DNA of 32,000 nt from Dubosiella newyorkensis (lineage in GTDB: Bacteria; Bacillota_I; Bacilli_A; Erysipelotrichales; Erysipelotrichaceae): NCBI RefSeq assembly GCF_001945605.1, contig NZ_MPKA01000057.1, positions 3,039-35,038 on the forward strand, written 5' to 3'. This document shows, in pieces, positions 1 through 9,195 of this stretch (the first letter of the stretch is position 1; every line of letters begins with the position of its first letter). Position numbers and translations under genes: made by a program. Below the pieces are notes generated by a model. It was not told the origin of the DNA. It did no database searches and worked only from the letters and a program-made list of their open reading frames with translations.

Positions 1-559
1 CAACGAGCACCGAGCTAGGATCTTGTCCTTGCTTTCCTTTGATACAAGGAACATCTAATCGCTTAGCCCATGTATTGATCTGATCGATCGCTCCTGCGCG
101 GAAAGTATCAGCCGCTGCTACAGCTACACTTTTTCCCTCATTTTTAAAAAATTCAATTAATTTAGCGCTCGTTGTCGTTTTTCCAGATCCATTTACGCCC
201 ACCATCAAAATAACTGTAGGTCCATTTTCATTGAAACGGATCGGATCATCGAGTTCAGGATCGTAAAAATCATAGAGGATCGAAATCAAATAATCTTCCA
301 TCGAATCGTACTTTTTGATGTTCTTTCCCTCTTTTTCAAAACGGTCAATGATCTTTTGGGCTGTATGGATCCCAACATCGCTTTCCAAAAGGAGGATCAT
401 GATCTCCTCCAACAACTCATCATCGATGCCATGAAAGTTGTTCGAGAGAGTACGTAGCCGATCACCAAAGCTTTTTTGTGACCGCGACAATCCCGACAAG
501 TATTTGTCTTTATCTTTATTCTTCGAGAAAGCATCTTTTATTTTTTGAAACAAAGCCAT
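1..559 (-). CDS. ftsY: Signal recognition particle receptor FtsY (first ~186 codons; the 3' end runs off the window)
   Basis: Absent from the ORF track because the window edge truncates it. My minus-strand translation from ATG 559..557 gives MALFQKIKDAFSKNKDKDKYLSGLSRSQKSFGDRL...TVILMVGVNGSGKTTTSAKL...AAADTFRAGAIDQINTW. This shows the SRP-GTPase P-loop and the DTFRAGA motif. The ATG overlaps the smc stop (TAATG). Confidence 0.9.
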   Translation of the reverse strand, partial: MALFQKIKDAFSKNKDKDKYLSGLSRSQKSFGDRLRTLSNNFHGIDDELLEEIMILLLESDVGIHTAQKIIDRFEKEGKNIKKYDSMEDYLISILYDFYDPELDDPIRFNENGPTVILMVGVNGSGKTTTSAKLIEFFKNEGKSVAVAAADTFRAGAIDQINTWAKRLDVPCIKGKQGQDPSSVLV

Positions 560-3489
560 TATCTTCCCTCCTTGTCAATATATTGAACCGCATCTTTCAG
601 CATAACTTTTAGAATTTGAGAGACTCCATCTTGCTGCATGGTCACCCCGTATAAAGTATCGCATTGCTCCATCGTTCCAGGACGATGAGTGACGACGATA
701 AATTGAGACTGATTCCTGAAATGAGCCAAATACTTCGCAAAACGTTCCACATTGCTTTGGTCTAGAGCCGCTTCGACTTCATCAAAAATACATAAAGGAA
801 TCAAACGAGCTTGTAAGATCGAAAAAAGAACACTGATCGCGATCAACGCTTTTTCGCCTCCCGAAAAAGATTGAATGTTTTTGATCGTCTTGCCTGGAGG
901 TTGTACATCGATATCGATTCCTGTATTTAGGACATCCTCTGGATCTACAAGGCTCAGCCTTGCTTTACCTCCACCAAACATCGCCTTGAACACTCCATCG
1001 AGTTCTTGATTGATCTTATTGAACATTGTGGTGAAGTTTTCAACCATGGTCTTATCCATTTGATCGATCGCCTCTAAGATCTGTTTGGAAGCATCTAGAA
1101 GATCTTCCTTTTGAGAAGTCAAAAAAGTATACCGTTCTTTGATCTCTTCAAATTCTTGTGGCGCATCCAAGTTCACGTTTCCTAGACGTTTAATTTTCGC
1201 CCTCAACTCTCTTACTAGTTCTTTTGCTTTTGGAAGGTCGACCTCTTTTCTTTTTGAGCACGCAAATTCATATGTCATTTGATAATTTGTATTCAAGCGC
1301 TCCAATGCAGAACTTTGTTTCGTCTTTGTGGTCGCAAGTTCCATTTCTTGTTTATGGAGCGTTTGCACCCATACGTTGACGCTCCTGCGTAAACTACGGA
1401 TCTCTTCTTCAAGTTTTTCCATCGCTTCGCCAACACCAAAACGATTTTGCCTTTCAACCGTTAAATTTCGTGACAACTCATCTTTTTTGGCATGATTTTT
1501 TGCGATTGCTTGAATCAACGAATCGTCCAACTCTATAGATTCAGCGCTGCTGTCTACAGAAATCACATTATAATCAGCGCATATTGAATCGTATTTTTCT
1601 TTTTTGACTTGAACGATATTTTCGATCTTCGCCCGCTCGATCTGCAAAGAGACTTTTTGATCTTCTATGCTTTTTTTCTTTTGCTCGTATTCTCTTTGTT
1701 TTTCGTGCAACTCTTCAAGATTGCTTTTTTGATGTGATAAACGGGTCTCAATCTCCTTCATTTCTTCTTGCATCGTGATTGGATTTGTGTTGGATCGCGA
1801 CCGTCCGCCGCTCATCGCTCCTCCTGTGTGCACGATATCTCCATCTTTTGTAACGATTTTTAAAGAATAGTGGATCCGTTTTGCGACCTCATTCGCATGT
1901 TCGAGTGTATCTGTCACTACAATATTTCCTAAAAGGCGGCTTTTTAAAGAATTATACCTTGAATCATTTTCTACAAAGTCGCACGCCCAGCCTAGGACCC
2001 CTTCGGATTGTTCTACGATCGCTTTTTGACGCTCATTAGGATATCGAGGAGAGCACACACTCAAAGGAAGAAACGTCGCTCTTCCCGATCGATTTCGTTT
2101 TAGAAAGTCGATGGCGTTACGCGCAGAGCGCTCATCCTTCGTAACGATTTGATACATCACTCCACCTAATGCGTTGGAAATCGCTTGTCCAAATTCTGGT
2201 TTCGCTTTTAGAAGTTGCGCGATCGTGCCTTCGATCCCATAAAGTGAATTTTTCGCTTCCATGATCACTTTGACACCGCCTTGATGTTGATAAGGAGATT
2301 CCATCATCGATCTTAAAATATGTTTCCGATTTAACGTCTTTTGAAACAAAGAGCTCGCTTGTCTTTCTTCCTGGACAATTTGATCAAGCCTATTTGAAAT
2401 TTGTCTAAAAAAATCGTTTTTTTCTTTTGCTTGCTCGTCCAATTCTTCAAATCGCTTCTTTCGATCCTCATATTCAAATCGAGCTTCTTCTTTGAGCGTA
2501 TAGAGCGTCTTTTTTTGTTCTGCAAGATCGGCTGTCTGTAATGTATACTTTCTTTTTTCATCGAGTTCGATCTTTTGCTTCTCTAAGTCCACGCTTTCTT
2601 CCATCACTTTTGTATATTCTTGCTGGAGAGATTGAATCCGCGAATCCAATTGATATGCTGATTTTTTAAGATGATTCAGCCTTTCTTCCTTCTCCTCTAA
2701 AAGCTCGGTATCATTGGTATAATTAAGATTTTGATCATCCATGCTTTTTTGAAGGGCCGCGATCGTTTGCGCATACGATTCGATCTCTTCGACCAATACG
2801 CTGATCTCAATATCGGAAAGCTCTTCGCGATACGCGATATATTGGCGCGCTTTTTCGGCTTGTTTTTCCAAAGGCTTTAATTGTCTATCCAATTCATCGA
2901 TGATATCCTGGAGCCGGTCAAGGTTTTCTTTTGTCTTCTCGAGCTTGCTTAAAGAAGCTTGTTTGCGTTTTTTGTATTTAGCCACCCCTGCAGCTTCTTC
3001 AAACAAAGAGCGCCTTTCTTCGGGTTTCGCATCCGCGAAAGCAGAAATGTTCCCTTGAGAAATAATACTTAAAGAATCGCGCCCTAGACCTGTATCCATG
3101 ATGAGTTCTTGAATATCCTTTAAACGACAAGGCGTTCGGTTGATCGTATATGTCGCCTCATTGTTGGAACGCTGGATTTGTCGAGCAATCTCAACTTCGT
3201 CAAAAGGAGTGTCAAAAATACGGCGCGAGTTGTCGAACACCAAGCTCACCTTAGCCATATTGACTTTCTTTTTTTGCTCGCTTCCCGAGAAAATGATGTC
3301 ACTCATATTTCCGCCTGATCGAAGCGACTTGACACTTTGTTCTCCTAAGACCCAGCGGATCGCGTCGTTGATGTTGCTTTTGCCACATCCATTCGGTCCT
3401 ACGATCCCGGTTATATCTTGATCGAACTGCAAAACGGTTTTATTGGCAAAACTTTTAAATCCCTGCAATTCGATTCGTTTTAAAAACAT
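559..3489 (-). CDS. smc: Chromosome partition protein SMC (short-armed, ~976 aa)
   Basis: The N-terminus MFLKRIELQGFKSF...GPNGCGKSN carries Walker A. Long heptad-rich coiled coils follow, then the hinge (GIEGTIAQLL...), the signature LSGGEKAL and Walker B LCIFDEVEAALD. I prefer ATG 3489 (AGGTGA 5 nt upstream, canonical SMC N-terminus) over the track start at 3504, which has no SD and lies in the predicted promoter. Confidence 0.93.
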   Translation of the reverse strand: MFLKRIELQGFKSFANKTVLQFDQDITGIVGPNGCGKSNINDAIRWVLGEQSVKSLRSGGNMSDIIFSGSEQKKKVNMAKVSLVFDNSRRIFDTPFDEVEIARQIQRSNNEATYTINRTPCRLKDIQELIMDTGLGRDSLSIISQGNISAFADAKPEERRSLFEEAAGVAKYKKRKQASLSKLEKTKENLDRLQDIIDELDRQLKPLEKQAEKARQYIAYREELSDIEISVLVEEIESYAQTIAALQKSMDDQNLNYTNDTELLEEKEERLNHLKKSAYQLDSRIQSLQQEYTKVMEESVDLEKQKIELDEKRKYTLQTADLAEQKKTLYTLKEEARFEYEDRKKRFEELDEQAKEKNDFFRQISNRLDQIVQEERQASSLFQKTLNRKHILRSMMESPYQHQGGVKVIMEAKNSLYGIEGTIAQLLKAKPEFGQAISNALGGVMYQIVTKDERSARNAIDFLKRNRSGRATFLPLSVCSPRYPNERQKAIVEQSEGVLGWACDFVENDSRYNSLKSRLLGNIVVTDTLEHANEVAKRIHYSLKIVTKDGDIVHTGGAMSGGRSRSNTNPITMQEEMKEIETRLSHQKSNLEELHEKQREYEQKKKSIEDQKVSLQIERAKIENIVQVKKEKYDSICADYNVISVDSSAESIELDDSLIQAIAKNHAKKDELSRNLTVERQNRFGVGEAMEKLEEEIRSLRRSVNVWVQTLHKQEMELATTKTKQSSALERLNTNYQMTYEFACSKRKEVDLPKAKELVRELRAKIKRLGNVNLDAPQEFEEIKERYTFLTSQKEDLLDASKQILEAIDQMDKTMVENFTTMFNKINQELDGVFKAMFGGGKARLSLVDPEDVLNTGIDIDVQPPGKTIKNIQSFSGGEKALIAISVLFSILQARLIPLCIFDEVEAALDQSNVERFAKYLAHFRNQSQFIVVTHRPGTMEQCDTLYGVTMQQDGVSQILKVMLKDAVQYIDKEGR

Positions 3490-3512
3490 AGCTTCACCTG
3501 CCAATCTTAGTT

Positions 3513-3521
3513 ATTATAGCA
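3513..3521 (-). promoter_or_regulatory. Candidate smc promoter, extended -10 (TGCTATAAT)
   Basis: The minus strand reads TGCTATAAT about 24 nt upstream of ATG 3489. The -35 is weak (TTGCAA at 19-nt spacing). Confidence 0.45.
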
Positions 3522-3537
3522 TACGTGGTTGCATTTC

Positions 3538-3566
3538 TTGCAATTGGTTCCGTTTCAAATTAGAAT
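3538..3566 (+). promoter_or_regulatory. Candidate promoter of the hemolysin-III gene (TTGCAA-17-TAGAAT)
   Basis: TTGCAA at 3538..3543, a 17-nt spacer, then TAGAAT at 3561..3566. Only 6 nt (GAGCCC, no SD) separate the -10 from ATG 3573. Confidence 0.5.
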
Positions 3567-3572
3567 GAGCCC

Positions 3573-4238
3573 ATGAATAAAAATACACAAGAAGATCTAA
3601 TGAAAAACTCTTATCCGCTTTCTTTTGGTGAAGAAATCGGAAATTCTGTTTCCCATGGCGTAATGGCGCTCATCCTTCTATTCACGCTCCCTTATTATGC
3701 GATCCGCTCCTACCTGATGGGTGGCTCTCGGGTAGCGATCGGAATATCGATCTATTTTTTCTGTATGTTTTTTATGTTTGCGGGAAGCTGTTTGTATCAT
3801 GCGATGAAGTATGGAACATTCCATAAATATGTGTTTCGTAAACTCGATCACATCATGATTCTCTTGGCGATCGCTGGGACGTATACGCCGATCTGTTTGA
3901 TCGTTCTTCCTAACTGGATCGGATACACGATCTTAGCGATCGAATGGCTGATGGTACTGGCAGGTGTTCTTTTGAAAAGCATCAGCAATAAGAAACATAA
4001 AGTCCTTTCTATGACGATCTATATGGTGATGGGGTGGATGGCGATCTTTATTCTCCCATCATTGATGGCCAATACGAACTGGATTTTCATGACTCTATTG
4101 GTGACTGGCGGGATCTTATACACGATTGGCGCTTTCTTTTACGCTCATCCTGAAAAAAACTTTTTTCATTTTACTTGGCATATCCTGATCGTATTAGCAA
4201 GCATTTGTCATTTGATCGCCATTCTCTACTTTCTATAA
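3573..4238 (+). CDS. Hemolysin III / PAQR-family integral membrane protein
   Basis: 221 aa with about 7 hydrophobic spans. It carries PAQR/HlyIII-type motifs (SHGVMA..., YHAMKY..., LDHIMILLAIAGTYTP, FHFTWHILIVLAS). Confidence 0.85.
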   Translation: MNKNTQEDLMKNSYPLSFGEEIGNSVSHGVMALILLFTLPYYAIRSYLMGGSRVAIGISIYFFCMFFMFAGSCLYHAMKYGTFHKYVFRKLDHIMILLAIAGTYTPICLIVLPNWIGYTILAIEWLMVLAGVLLKSISNKKHKVLSMTIYMVMGWMAIFILPSLMANTNWIFMTLLVTGGILYTIGAFFYAHPEKNFFHFTWHILIVLASICHLIAILYFL

Positions 4239-4242
4239 AAAA

Positions 4243-4274
4243 GAAAAAAGCTGGAAAATTCTCCAGCTTTTTTA
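4243..4274. terminator. Bidirectional rho-independent terminator between the convergent hlyIII-family gene and rseP
   Basis: Stem AGCTGGA (4249..4255) pairs with TCCAGCT (4262..4268) around loop AAATTC. An A-run lies upstream and a T-run downstream, so a U-tract follows the hairpin on both strands. Confidence 0.8.
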
Positions 4275-5336
4275 GAGCAAACGTACTATATCGTTATAGG
4301 TTGCAAAAATAAAGATGCCAAACAACAAGATGAAGCTGCCTAAGATTATATTTTCGATTAATTGCTCATTGATCTTGCGATTAAAGATCCTCTCTAAAGC
4401 TAAAATCAAGATCCTGCCTCCATCAAGAGCAGGAATTGGCAGCAAATTAAAGATCCCAATATTCAAAGAAATCAGCGCGAATAACGAAAGATACGATAAA
4501 AACCCAAGTTGTGTCGATTTTTGAGTCACATTTAAGATCCCAACAGGACCCGATAAATTTTCAAAGCCTTTTCCTTTGACCAATTGCGCCAAGGATCTAA
4601 AAATCGATGTCGTTCCATCCCACATATTTTTAAGTCCAGCGCCAAAAGATTCATACCACGCGATCTTGCGGACTTGACTTTTCGCATAGATTCCCAAAGT
4701 AGCAATTTGATTCTCTTCATCAAGATCAGGAGTGATTGCTAGATCAAAGGTTTTCCCCTCTCTTTCAATCGTAAATATACTTTCTCCTTTATTGAATTGA
4801 AGAAATTCCGTTACTTCGTATAAAGTCTTTGGATGAATCGTTTCCGAGCCATGTACGACTTGAACAATCTGATCTCCGCTTTGAAGACCCGCTTTTTGTG
4901 CAGCCGAATTTTCAACGACTTCATCCACGATTGGAAGCGGATCTTCGACCACATAGCCCTGAGCCATTGAGATCCCAATATATAATACCGCAGCTAATAC
5001 AAAATTCATGCATACGCCCGCAGCCATGATCACAATCTGCTTCCATGTCGATTGATGATTCAACCATCTTTCTCTTGGGATTTTTTCAAGCTCAAGATCC
5101 GAATCGGAGCCATCATTCTCCCCGACCATTTTTACATAGCCACCAATAGGGATTGCTCGAAGAGAATAGATCGTCTCTTTTCCCTTTTTTTGATACAGCG
5201 CTGGACCCATTCCTACTGAAAATTCTTCACAATAGACGCCAAAATGTTTAGCTGCAAGCATATGACCTAGCTCATGGATCACGACGATCACGCTAAGCAT
5301 GAATAAAAATGCGATGATTCCTATCACAAAATCCAT
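4272..5336 (-). CDS. rseP: Site-2 (RIP) zinc metalloprotease RseP/RasP
   Basis: HELGHML zinc motif at the N-terminus, a single PDZ-like segment (AAQKAGLQSGDQIVQV) and the C-terminal LNIGIFNLLPIPALDGG motif. It sits in the conserved position after cdsA. Confidence 0.92.
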   Translation of the reverse strand: MDFVIGIIAFLFMLSVIVVIHELGHMLAAKHFGVYCEEFSVGMGPALYQKKGKETIYSLRAIPIGGYVKMVGENDGSDSDLELEKIPRERWLNHQSTWKQIVIMAAGVCMNFVLAAVLYIGISMAQGYVVEDPLPIVDEVVENSAAQKAGLQSGDQIVQVVHGSETIHPKTLYEVTEFLQFNKGESIFTIEREGKTFDLAITPDLDEENQIATLGIYAKSQVRKIAWYESFGAGLKNMWDGTTSIFRSLAQLVKGKGFENLSGPVGILNVTQKSTQLGFLSYLSLFALISLNIGIFNLLPIPALDGGRILILALERIFNRKINEQLIENIILGSFILLFGIFIFATYNDIVRLL

Positions 5337-5354
5337 ACAATTCCCCCTTAATTA

Positions 5355-6122
5355 TTAAATCAAAAAGATATGATACAATATACCAAATACTAAAATATTT
5401 ACAAGTAAAGAATCGACTCGATCAAGCACGCCTCCGTGTCCTGGAAGAAAATTAGAGAAGTCTTTGATCTTAAAATGCCGTTTTATAGCGCTGAAGCAAA
5501 GATCTCCAAGTTCTGCGAAGATAGGACAGATCAAACATAAAAGAAGATTCACAGTCGGATCCACGTTTTGTTTATAGATTGCGCTGATCAATAAGCTGAT
5601 CACAAAACCAGAAAGAATCCCCCCAAAGAAGCCTTCCCAGCTTTTTTTAGGAGATACTCTCGGATTCATCTTATGTTTACCAAACGAGCACCCGACAAAA
5701 TAGGCCCCCGTATCGCTGCTATATGTCGCGAAAACAATCGTGATCAAATATAAGTGATTCAAAATGAGTTCCCCGATCGAGATATAAAAAAGCGAAAAAA
5801 GCACATAATAAACAATAGCTGCATTGCAATCATCACTCGTAAAGGAAGATGTAAATACAGGAATCGACCACAAGAACAAGATCATGCAGGCCACAAGCAC
5901 AAAGCGCCAATTACCTTCAACAAACCGGGTCGCGATCACTCCAACGATCAGGATCGGCAATAGCCAGTTCCACTTCGAATAATTTGGAAGGATCCTAAGC
6001 CATTCCCAAGCAGAAGCTCCAATAATAAATAAAGCAAGCGCCTCAAGCGGCCATCCTCCATATAAAACTGGAAAGGCGACGACAAGAATGATCAATAAAG
6101 CCGTTAAAATACGGGTCTTCAT
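5355..6122 (-). CDS. cdsA: Phosphatidate cytidylyltransferase
   Basis: Polytopic membrane protein with the CDS signature SAIKRHFKIKDFSNFLPGHGGVLDRVDS. It overlaps uppS by 4 nt. Confidence 0.92.
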   Translation of the reverse strand: MKTRILTALLIILVVAFPVLYGGWPLEALALFIIGASAWEWLRILPNYSKWNWLLPILIVGVIATRFVEGNWRFVLVACMILFLWSIPVFTSSFTSDDCNAAIVYYVLFSLFYISIGELILNHLYLITIVFATYSSDTGAYFVGCSFGKHKMNPRVSPKKSWEGFFGGILSGFVISLLISAIYKQNVDPTVNLLLCLICPIFAELGDLCFSAIKRHFKIKDFSNFLPGHGGVLDRVDSLLVNILVFGILYHIFLI

Positions 6123-6811
6123 TTGACACCTCCAAATCGCCGATCACGCTGATCATATTCTTGTAGACAAGCATCCAGATCCGCTTCATTAAACTCAGGC
6201 CATGCTTTTTTCGTAAAAATCAATTCCGCATACGCGATCTGCCACAAAAGAAAGTTCGAGATCCGCTCTTCTCCACTTGTCCTGATCAGTAGATCAACAT
6301 CTTCAGGCACAAATAAATACTCTTTCATTTCCTCTTCGCGAAGATCATTTTCTCTTAGTCCTGTATTAACTTGTTGGGCGTATTTTTGCATCGCCAAAAG
6401 AATTTCGCGTCTCGCTCCATAATTGATCGCCAAACATAATTCGAGACCTGTATTTTCTCGAGTACGATCGATTGCCTTGCGAATGACTTCTTGTGTTTCC
6501 TTTGGGAATTTTTCCAGCTCGCCTGCGAAGGTGACTCGAATATTTTTCTCCATCAGCTCGTTGATGAATTTTGAAAAAAACAAACCAGGAAGCTTACATA
6601 GATAAGAAACTTCATCTTCAGGCCGTTTCCAATTTTCTGTAGAAAACGCATAGAGAATGAGCTTCTTGATACCAAGACGATTGGCTTCTAAAGCAATCGT
6701 TCGAACTTGATCGGCTCCTTTTTTATGGCCAGCCGTCCTAGGCAGACCCCTTTGTTTGGCCCATCTTCCATTTCCGTCCATAATAATAGCCACTGTTTCA
6801 GGAATGTTCAT
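6119..6811 (-). CDS. uppS: Undecaprenyl-diphosphate synthase (isoprenyl transferase)
   Basis: VAIIMDGNGRWAKQRGLPRTAGHKKG, FSTENWKRP and the C-terminal RFGG motif are all present. No SD precedes the ATG. Confidence 0.93.
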   Translation of the reverse strand: MNIPETVAIIMDGNGRWAKQRGLPRTAGHKKGADQVRTIALEANRLGIKKLILYAFSTENWKRPEDEVSYLCKLPGLFFSKFINELMEKNIRVTFAGELEKFPKETQEVIRKAIDRTRENTGLELCLAINYGARREILLAMQKYAQQVNTGLRENDLREEEMKEYLFVPEDVDLLIRTSGEERISNFLLWQIAYAELIFTKKAWPEFNEADLDACLQEYDQRDRRFGGVK

Positions 6812-6900
6812 AAATATATACTACATACGATGTATGCTTATCCTTTCTGTTATTTCTTTTAAAGAATATCCCAAAATTGGTTTTTTGTATATTGAAAAAC

Positions 6901-6938
6901 GAAATAGAAAAGAAGTATTTTGTCTCCAAAATACTTCT
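6901..6938 (-). terminator. Rho-independent terminator after frr
   Basis: Perfect 11-bp stem AGAAGTATTTT (6911..6921) / AAAATACTTCT (6928..6938) with loop GTCTCC. The minus-strand RNA continues UUUCUAUUUCGUUUUUC. Confidence 0.8.
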
Positions 6939-6944
6939 AAAAAA

Positions 6945-7490
6945 TTATACGTTCAAGATCTCGTCTTTCTTTTCGTTAACGATCGTTTCAATATCTTTGA
7001 TAAATTTGTCTGTCAATTTTTGCGTGTCGTTCAAAAGCTCTTTGGTGATATCTTCGCTGATCTCTTTATCTTTTTTGATCGCGTCGTTGCAATCACGACG
7101 GACGTTCCGGACAGCTACCTTGCATTCTTCCGCGAATTTTTGAGCGTCTTTTGCCAATTGCTTTCTTCGGTCTTGCGTCAATTGAGGGACTAAGATCCGA
7201 ATTTGATCCGCCTCCGCTTGTGGATTCAAGCCTAAATTAGCAGCTTGAATCGCATGGGCAATCGATTTTACGGTGCTGCGATCATAGGGTTTGATTACAA
7301 GCTGGGTTCCTTCTACTACCGAAATACGTGCAATTTGATTGATCGGAGTTGGCTCTCCATAATAATCGACACGCACACGATCTAAGATTTGAGAATTTGC
7401 TCGGCCTGTTCTTATCGTCGCGAGATTCGATTCTAAATTCTCGATCGCTGTCATCATTTTTAATTCTGCTTTTTCTAAATGTTCGTTCAT
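6945..7490 (-). CDS. frr: Ribosome recycling factor
   Basis: 181 aa, RRF-typical throughout (LATIRTGRANSQILDRVRVDYYG...RRDCNDAIKK). It occupies the conserved pyrH-frr position. Confidence 0.96.
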   Translation of the reverse strand: MNEHLEKAELKMMTAIENLESNLATIRTGRANSQILDRVRVDYYGEPTPINQIARISVVEGTQLVIKPYDRSTVKSIAHAIQAANLGLNPQAEADQIRILVPQLTQDRRKQLAKDAQKFAEECKVAVRNVRRDCNDAIKKDKEISEDITKELLNDTQKLTDKFIKDIETIVNEKKDEILNV

Positions 7491-7505
7491 CGTTTTCTCC
7501 TTTGA

Positions 7506-8213
7506 TCACTCTTTTGATACAACTGTACCATCGACTTTTTGTTCAACTGCTTTTAGAATATTTCCTTCCTCATTCATATTGAATACGACTAAGTCAATAT
7601 CATTATCCATACACATGCTGATCGCTGTAGAATCCATGACCTGCAGCCCTTTGTTCAAGACATCCATATAAGTCAAATGGTCAAATCTCTTCGCATTCTT
7701 ATCCTTTTTCGGATCGGCGTCATAAATGCCATCTACACCATTTTTCGCCATCAAGATCACATCGGCATCGATTTCCGAAGCTCGCAGCGCCGCTGTCGTG
7801 TCAGTCGAAAAATAAGGAGATCCTGTTCCTGCTCCAAAGATCACGATCCGTCCTTTTTCTAAATGGCGGATCGCACGCCGCAAGATATAAGGTTCTGCGA
7901 CTTTTTGCATTTCAACCGCTGTCTGAACACGCGTGTCTACATCCTCTTGCTCAAGGGCATTTTGGACAGCTAAGGCATTGATCACCGTCCCTAGCATTCC
8001 CATATAGTCCGCCTGCGCCCGATTCATACCCATTTCTGCCATCATTTTTCCGCGAATAAAATTGCCGCCGCCTACAACGATCGCCAATTCTACTCCCGTT
8101 TCTTTAACCGCTTTCAACTCTTTAGCTAGGCGTTTCAGCACTTTTGGTTCTAGAGCATTTTCAGAAGAAGACAAAGCCTCTCCGCTTAATTTTAACAATA
8201 CTCGTTTATACAT
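7506..8213 (-). CDS. pyrH: UMP kinase
   Basis: [23 protein letters not shown] and [20 protein letters not shown] motifs. An AAAGGAG SD lies upstream. Confidence 0.96.
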   Translation of the reverse strand: MYKRVLLKLSGEALSSSENALEPKVLKRLAKELKAVKETGVELAIVVGGGNFIRGKMMAEMGMNRAQADYMGMLGTVINALAVQNALEQEDVDTRVQTAVEMQKVAEPYILRRAIRHLEKGRIVIFGAGTGSPYFSTDTTAALRASEIDADVILMAKNGVDGIYDADPKKDKNAKRFDHLTYMDVLNKGLQVMDSTAISMCMDNDIDLVVFNMNEEGNILKAVEQKVDGTVVSKE

Positions 8214-8242
8214 GAAATTAGCTCCTTTGATTGTCGTTTATA

Positions 8243-8250
8243 ATTATACA
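8243..8250 (-). promoter_or_regulatory. Candidate pyrH -10 element (TGTATAAT)
   Basis: The minus strand reads TGTATAAT 29 nt upstream of the pyrH ATG, directly after the arg-operon terminator. No good -35 is present because the U-tract occupies that position. Confidence 0.3.
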
Positions 8251-8262
8251 AGAGTTGAAATT

Positions 8263-8289
8263 AAAAAAAAAGACTAGTCTTTCTAGTCT
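8263..8289 (-). terminator. Rho-independent terminator of the arginine operon
   Basis: The minus-strand RNA reads AGACUAG-AAAGA-CUAGUCU followed by U9, and starts directly at the argF stop codon. Confidence 0.85.
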
Positions 8290-9195
8290 CTAGTCTTTCA
8301 TGAGCAATACCATCACGGCTTTTTGCGCGTGCAGACGATTTTCGGCTTCTTCAAAAATCTCATCGGCGTGCTCTTCAAATACCTTTTCCGTGATTTCCTG
8401 TTCTCGATACGCAGGAAGACAGTGAAGAACCATAGCGTTCTCTTTCGCGAGTTCCATCAAGGAATCATTGACTTGATAAGGAGCAAACGCGATCTTACGA
8501 ATTTCTTTTTCGGATTCGACTCCCATGCTCGCCCAAGTATCTGTAATCACCACATCTGCATTCTGAACAGCTTCTTTGGGATCTGTTGTCCATAAAAACG
8601 AATCATAATCGTTCGCAAAATCAAGAACAAGATCATCTGGTTTGTATTCGTTTGGTGTAGCAACTGCGACACACATTCCCATTTTCAAACCACCAACGAT
8701 CAAAGAGTTTGCCATGTTGTCTCCATCGCCAACATAAGCCATTTTCAAACCTTTGAGATCGCCATACTTTTCTCGGATCGTCATCAGATCCGCCAGCACT
8801 TGGCATGGATGCGAAAAATCAGTCAACCCATTGATGATTGGAATACTTCCATATTCGGCAAGATCTTCCACTTCCTTTTGTTCAAAAGTACGGATCATGA
8901 TCGCATCGAGATAACGAGAAAGCACGCGAGCCGTGTCTTGTACGGGTTCTCCTCTTCCGATTTGAAGATCACGGGCCGATAAGAACAATGCTTGCCCGCC
9001 AAGCTGATTCATTCCTGTTTCAAAAGAGACGCGGGTTCTTGTGCTCGACTTTTGAAAAATCAAACCAATCGATTTTCCTTCTAAATATGGATGGGCGATC
9101 CCATGCTTCTTTTCATATTTCAATTGATCAGCAAGATCCAAGATCTGCGTGATCTCTTCGCTTGATAGATCGAGCATTTTCAGTAAATGTTTCAT
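8290..9195 (-). CDS. argF: Ornithine carbamoyltransferase
   Basis: STRTR, HPCQ, DTWASMG and HCLPA motifs are present. It overlaps argD by 4 nt. Confidence 0.93.
   Translation of the reverse strand: MKHLLKMLDLSSEEITQILDLADQLKYEKKHGIAHPYLEGKSIGLIFQKSSTRTRVSFETGMNQLGGQALFLSARDLQIGRGEPVQDTARVLSRYLDAIMIRTFEQKEVEDLAEYGSIPIINGLTDFSHPCQVLADLMTIREKYGDLKGLKMAYVGDGDNMANSLIVGGLKMGMCVAVATPNEYKPDDLVLDFANDYDSFLWTTDPKEAVQNADVVITDTWASMGVESEKEIRKIAFAPYQVNDSLMELAKENAMVLHCLPAYREQEITEKVFEEHADEIFEEAENRLHAQKAVMVLLMKD

Noticed and set aside
3490-3504. Five-codon N-terminal extension of smc (MAGEA) from the ORF track
   Set aside because: No SD precedes it, it overlaps the predicted -10 and TSS region, and the canonical SMC N-terminus begins at the next Met with a good SD.
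8271-8296. Three tandem CTAGTCT / AGACTAG copies
   Set aside because: They form the arg-operon terminator stem and include the last argF codons (AAA GAC TAG). This is a local duplication creating a hairpin, not a repeat array or CRISPR.
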